Positions 60,059-64,000 of a stretch of DNA of 64,000 bases are shown one piece after another. A program made the position numbers and the translations under genes. Position 1 is the first letter of the stretch, and every line of letters begins with the position of its first letter. Source of the DNA: the human T2T-CHM13v2.0 reference genome, Homo sapiens; NCBI RefSeq assembly GCF_009914755.1, contig NC_060927.1; one strand, 5' to 3'. Under the pieces are notes generated by a model that was not told where the DNA came from, ran no database searches, and saw nothing but the letters and a program-made list of their open reading frames with translations.

Positions 60059-60963
60059 GGGGGAGGAGCCAAGATGGCCGAATAGGAACAGCTCCGGTCT
60101 ACAGCTCCCAGCGTGAGCGACGCAGAAGACGGTGATTTCTGCATTTCCATCTGAGGTACCGGGTTCATCTCACTAGGGAGTGCCAGACAGTGGGCGCAGG
60201 CCAGTGTGTGTGCGCACCGTGCGCGAGCCGAAGCAGGGCGAGGCATTGCCTCACCTGGGAAGTGCAAGGGGTCAGGGAGTTCCCTTTCGGAGTCAAAGAA
60301 AGGGGTGACGGACGCACCTGGAAAATCGGGTCACTCCCACCCGAATATTGCGCTTTTCAGACCGGCTTAAGAAACGGCGCACCACGAGACTATATCCCAC
60401 ACCTGGCTCGGAGGGTCCTACGCCCACGGAATCTCGCTGATTGCTAGCACAGCAGTCTGAGATCAAACTGCAAGGCGGCAACGAGGCTGGGGGAGGGGCG
60501 CCCGCCATTGCCCAGGCTTGCTTAGGTAAACAAAGCAGCCGGGAAGCTCGAACTGGGTGGAGCCCACCACAGCTCAAGGAGGCCTGCCTGCCTCTGTAGG
60601 CTCCACCTCTGGGGGCAGGGCACAGACAAACAAAAAGACAGCAGTAACCTCTGCAGACTTAAGTGTCCCTGTCTGACAGCTTTGAAGAGAGCAGTGGTTC
60701 TCCCAGCATGCAGCTGGAGATCTGAGAACGGGCAGACTGCCTCCTCAAGTGGGTCCCTGACTCCTGACCCCCGAGCAGCCTAACTGGGAGGCACCCCCCA
60801 GCAGGGGCACACTGACACCTCACACGGCAGGGTATTCCAACAGACCTGCAGCTGAGGGTCCTGTCTGTTAGAAGGAAAACTAACAACCAGAAAGGACATC
60901 TACACCGAAAACCCATCTGTACATCACCATCATCAAAGACCAAAAGTAGATAAAACCACAAAG
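60059..60963 (+). promoter_or_regulatory. L1 5' UTR: internal sense promoter, YY1 site (60071-60079) and antisense promoter
   Basis: AAGATGGCC YY1 motif; CpG-island character. Confidence 0.9.
60293..60508 (-). CDS. ORF0: L1 ORF0 (71 aa, antisense)
   Basis: MAGAPPPASLPPCSLISDCCASNQRDSVGVG...RCVRHPFL*; splice donors after nt 106 (60403) and nt 191 (60318). Confidence 0.88.
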   Translation of the reverse strand: MAGAPPPASLPPCSLISDCCASNQRDSVGVGPSEPGVGYSLVVRRFLSRSEKRNIRVGVTRFSRCVRHPFL

Positions 60964-61980
60964 ATGGGGAAAAAACAGAACAGAAAAACTGGAAACTCTA
61001 AAACGCAGAGCGCCTCTCCTCCTCCAAAGGAACGCAGTTCCTCACCAGCAACAGAACAAAGCTGGATGGAGAATGATTTTGACGAGCTGAGAGAAGAAGG
61101 CTTCAGACGATCAAATTACTCTGAGCTACGGGAGGACATTCAAACCAAAGGCAAAGAAGTTGAAAACTTTGAAAAAAATTTAGAAGAATGTATAACTAGA
61201 ATAACCAATACAGAGAAGTGCTTAAAGGAGCTGATGGAGCTGAAAACCAAGGCTCGAGAACTACGTGAAGAATGCAGAAGCCTCAGGAGCCGATGCGATC
61301 AACTGGAAGAAAGGGTATCAGCGATGGAAGATGAAATGAATGAAATGAAGCGAGAAGGGAAGTTTAGAGAAAAAAGAATAAAAAGAAATGAGCAAAGCCT
61401 CCAAGAAATATGGGACTATGTGAAAAGACCAAATCTACGTCTGATTGGTGTACCTGAAAGTGATGTGGAGAATGGAACCAAGTTGGAAAACACTCTGCAG
61501 GATATTATCCAGGAGAACTTCCCCAATCTAGCAAGGCAGGCCAACGTTCAGATTCAGGAAATACAGAGAACGCCACAAAGATACTCCTCGAGAAGAGCAA
61601 CTCCAAGACACATAATTGTCAGATTCACCAAAGTTGAAATGAAGGAAAAAATGTTAAGGGCAGCCAGAGAGAAAGGTCGGGTTACCCTCAAAGGAAAGCC
61701 CATCAGACTAACAGCGGATCTCTCGGCAGAAACCCTACAAGCCAGAAGACAGTGGGGGCCAATATTCAACATTCTTAAAGAAAAGAATTTTCAACCCAGA
61801 ATTTCATATCCAGCCAAACTAAGCTTCATAAGTGAAGGAGAAATAAAATACTTTATAGACAAGCAAATGTTGAGAGATTTTGTCACCACCAGGCCTGCCC
61901 TAAAAGAGCTCCTGAAGGAAGCGCTAAACATGGAAAGGAACAACCGGTACCAGCCGCTGCAAAATCATGCCAAAATGTAA
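60964..61980 (+). CDS. ORF1: L1 ORF1p, 338 aa RNA-binding chaperone
   Basis: MGKKQNRKTGNSK...; REKG235-238, ARR260-262 and YPAKLS282-287 intact. Confidence 0.98.
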   Translation: MGKKQNRKTGNSKTQSASPPPKERSSSPATEQSWMENDFDELREEGFRRSNYSELREDIQTKGKEVENFEKNLEECITRITNTEKCLKELMELKTKARELREECRSLRSRCDQLEERVSAMEDEMNEMKREGKFREKRIKRNEQSLQEIWDYVKRPNLRLIGVPESDVENGTKLENTLQDIIQENFPNLARQANVQIQEIQRTPQRYSSRRATPRHIIVRFTKVEMKEKMLRAAREKGRVTLKGKPIRLTADLSAETLQARRQWGPIFNILKEKNFQPRISYPAKLSFISEGEIKYFIDKQMLRDFVTTRPALKELLKEALNMERNNRYQPLQNHAKM

Positions 61981-62019
61981 AGACCATCGAGACTAGGAAG
62001 AAACTGCATCAACTAATGA

Positions 62020-64000
<1,981 letters not shown>

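Overview
Human (primate) genomic DNA from the fetuin/cystatin cluster (3q27 by gene identity). Reconstructed exon by exon, it holds the complete AHSG (fetuin-A; 7 coding exons, 1104 nt, 367 aa) and FETUB (fetuin-B; 7 coding exons, 1149 nt, 382 aa) genes, both on the + strand. It also holds a young PET100 retrocopy with an open reading frame (2710-2937) and the 5' ~3.9 kb of an L1HS element starting at 60059. The L1 has an intact YY1 site, ORF0 and ORF1, and ORF2 stays open to the window edge. The remainder is dense in Alu, L1, L2, LTR and DNA-transposon relics. I see no wholly new biological system here, and most ORFs in the track are Alu or low-complexity artefacts. The most notable points are: a Ta-1d-type, possibly active L1 whose antisense promoter faces FETUB; the intact PET100 retrocopy; a GC-AG intron and a distal TATA promoter/IR-1 enhancer for FETUB; an 81-bp duplication of a C/EBP+FOXA module; and several mechanistically informative retrotransposon junctions. 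Comparisons with reference proteins and repeat consensi are from memory and should be confirmed by alignment.
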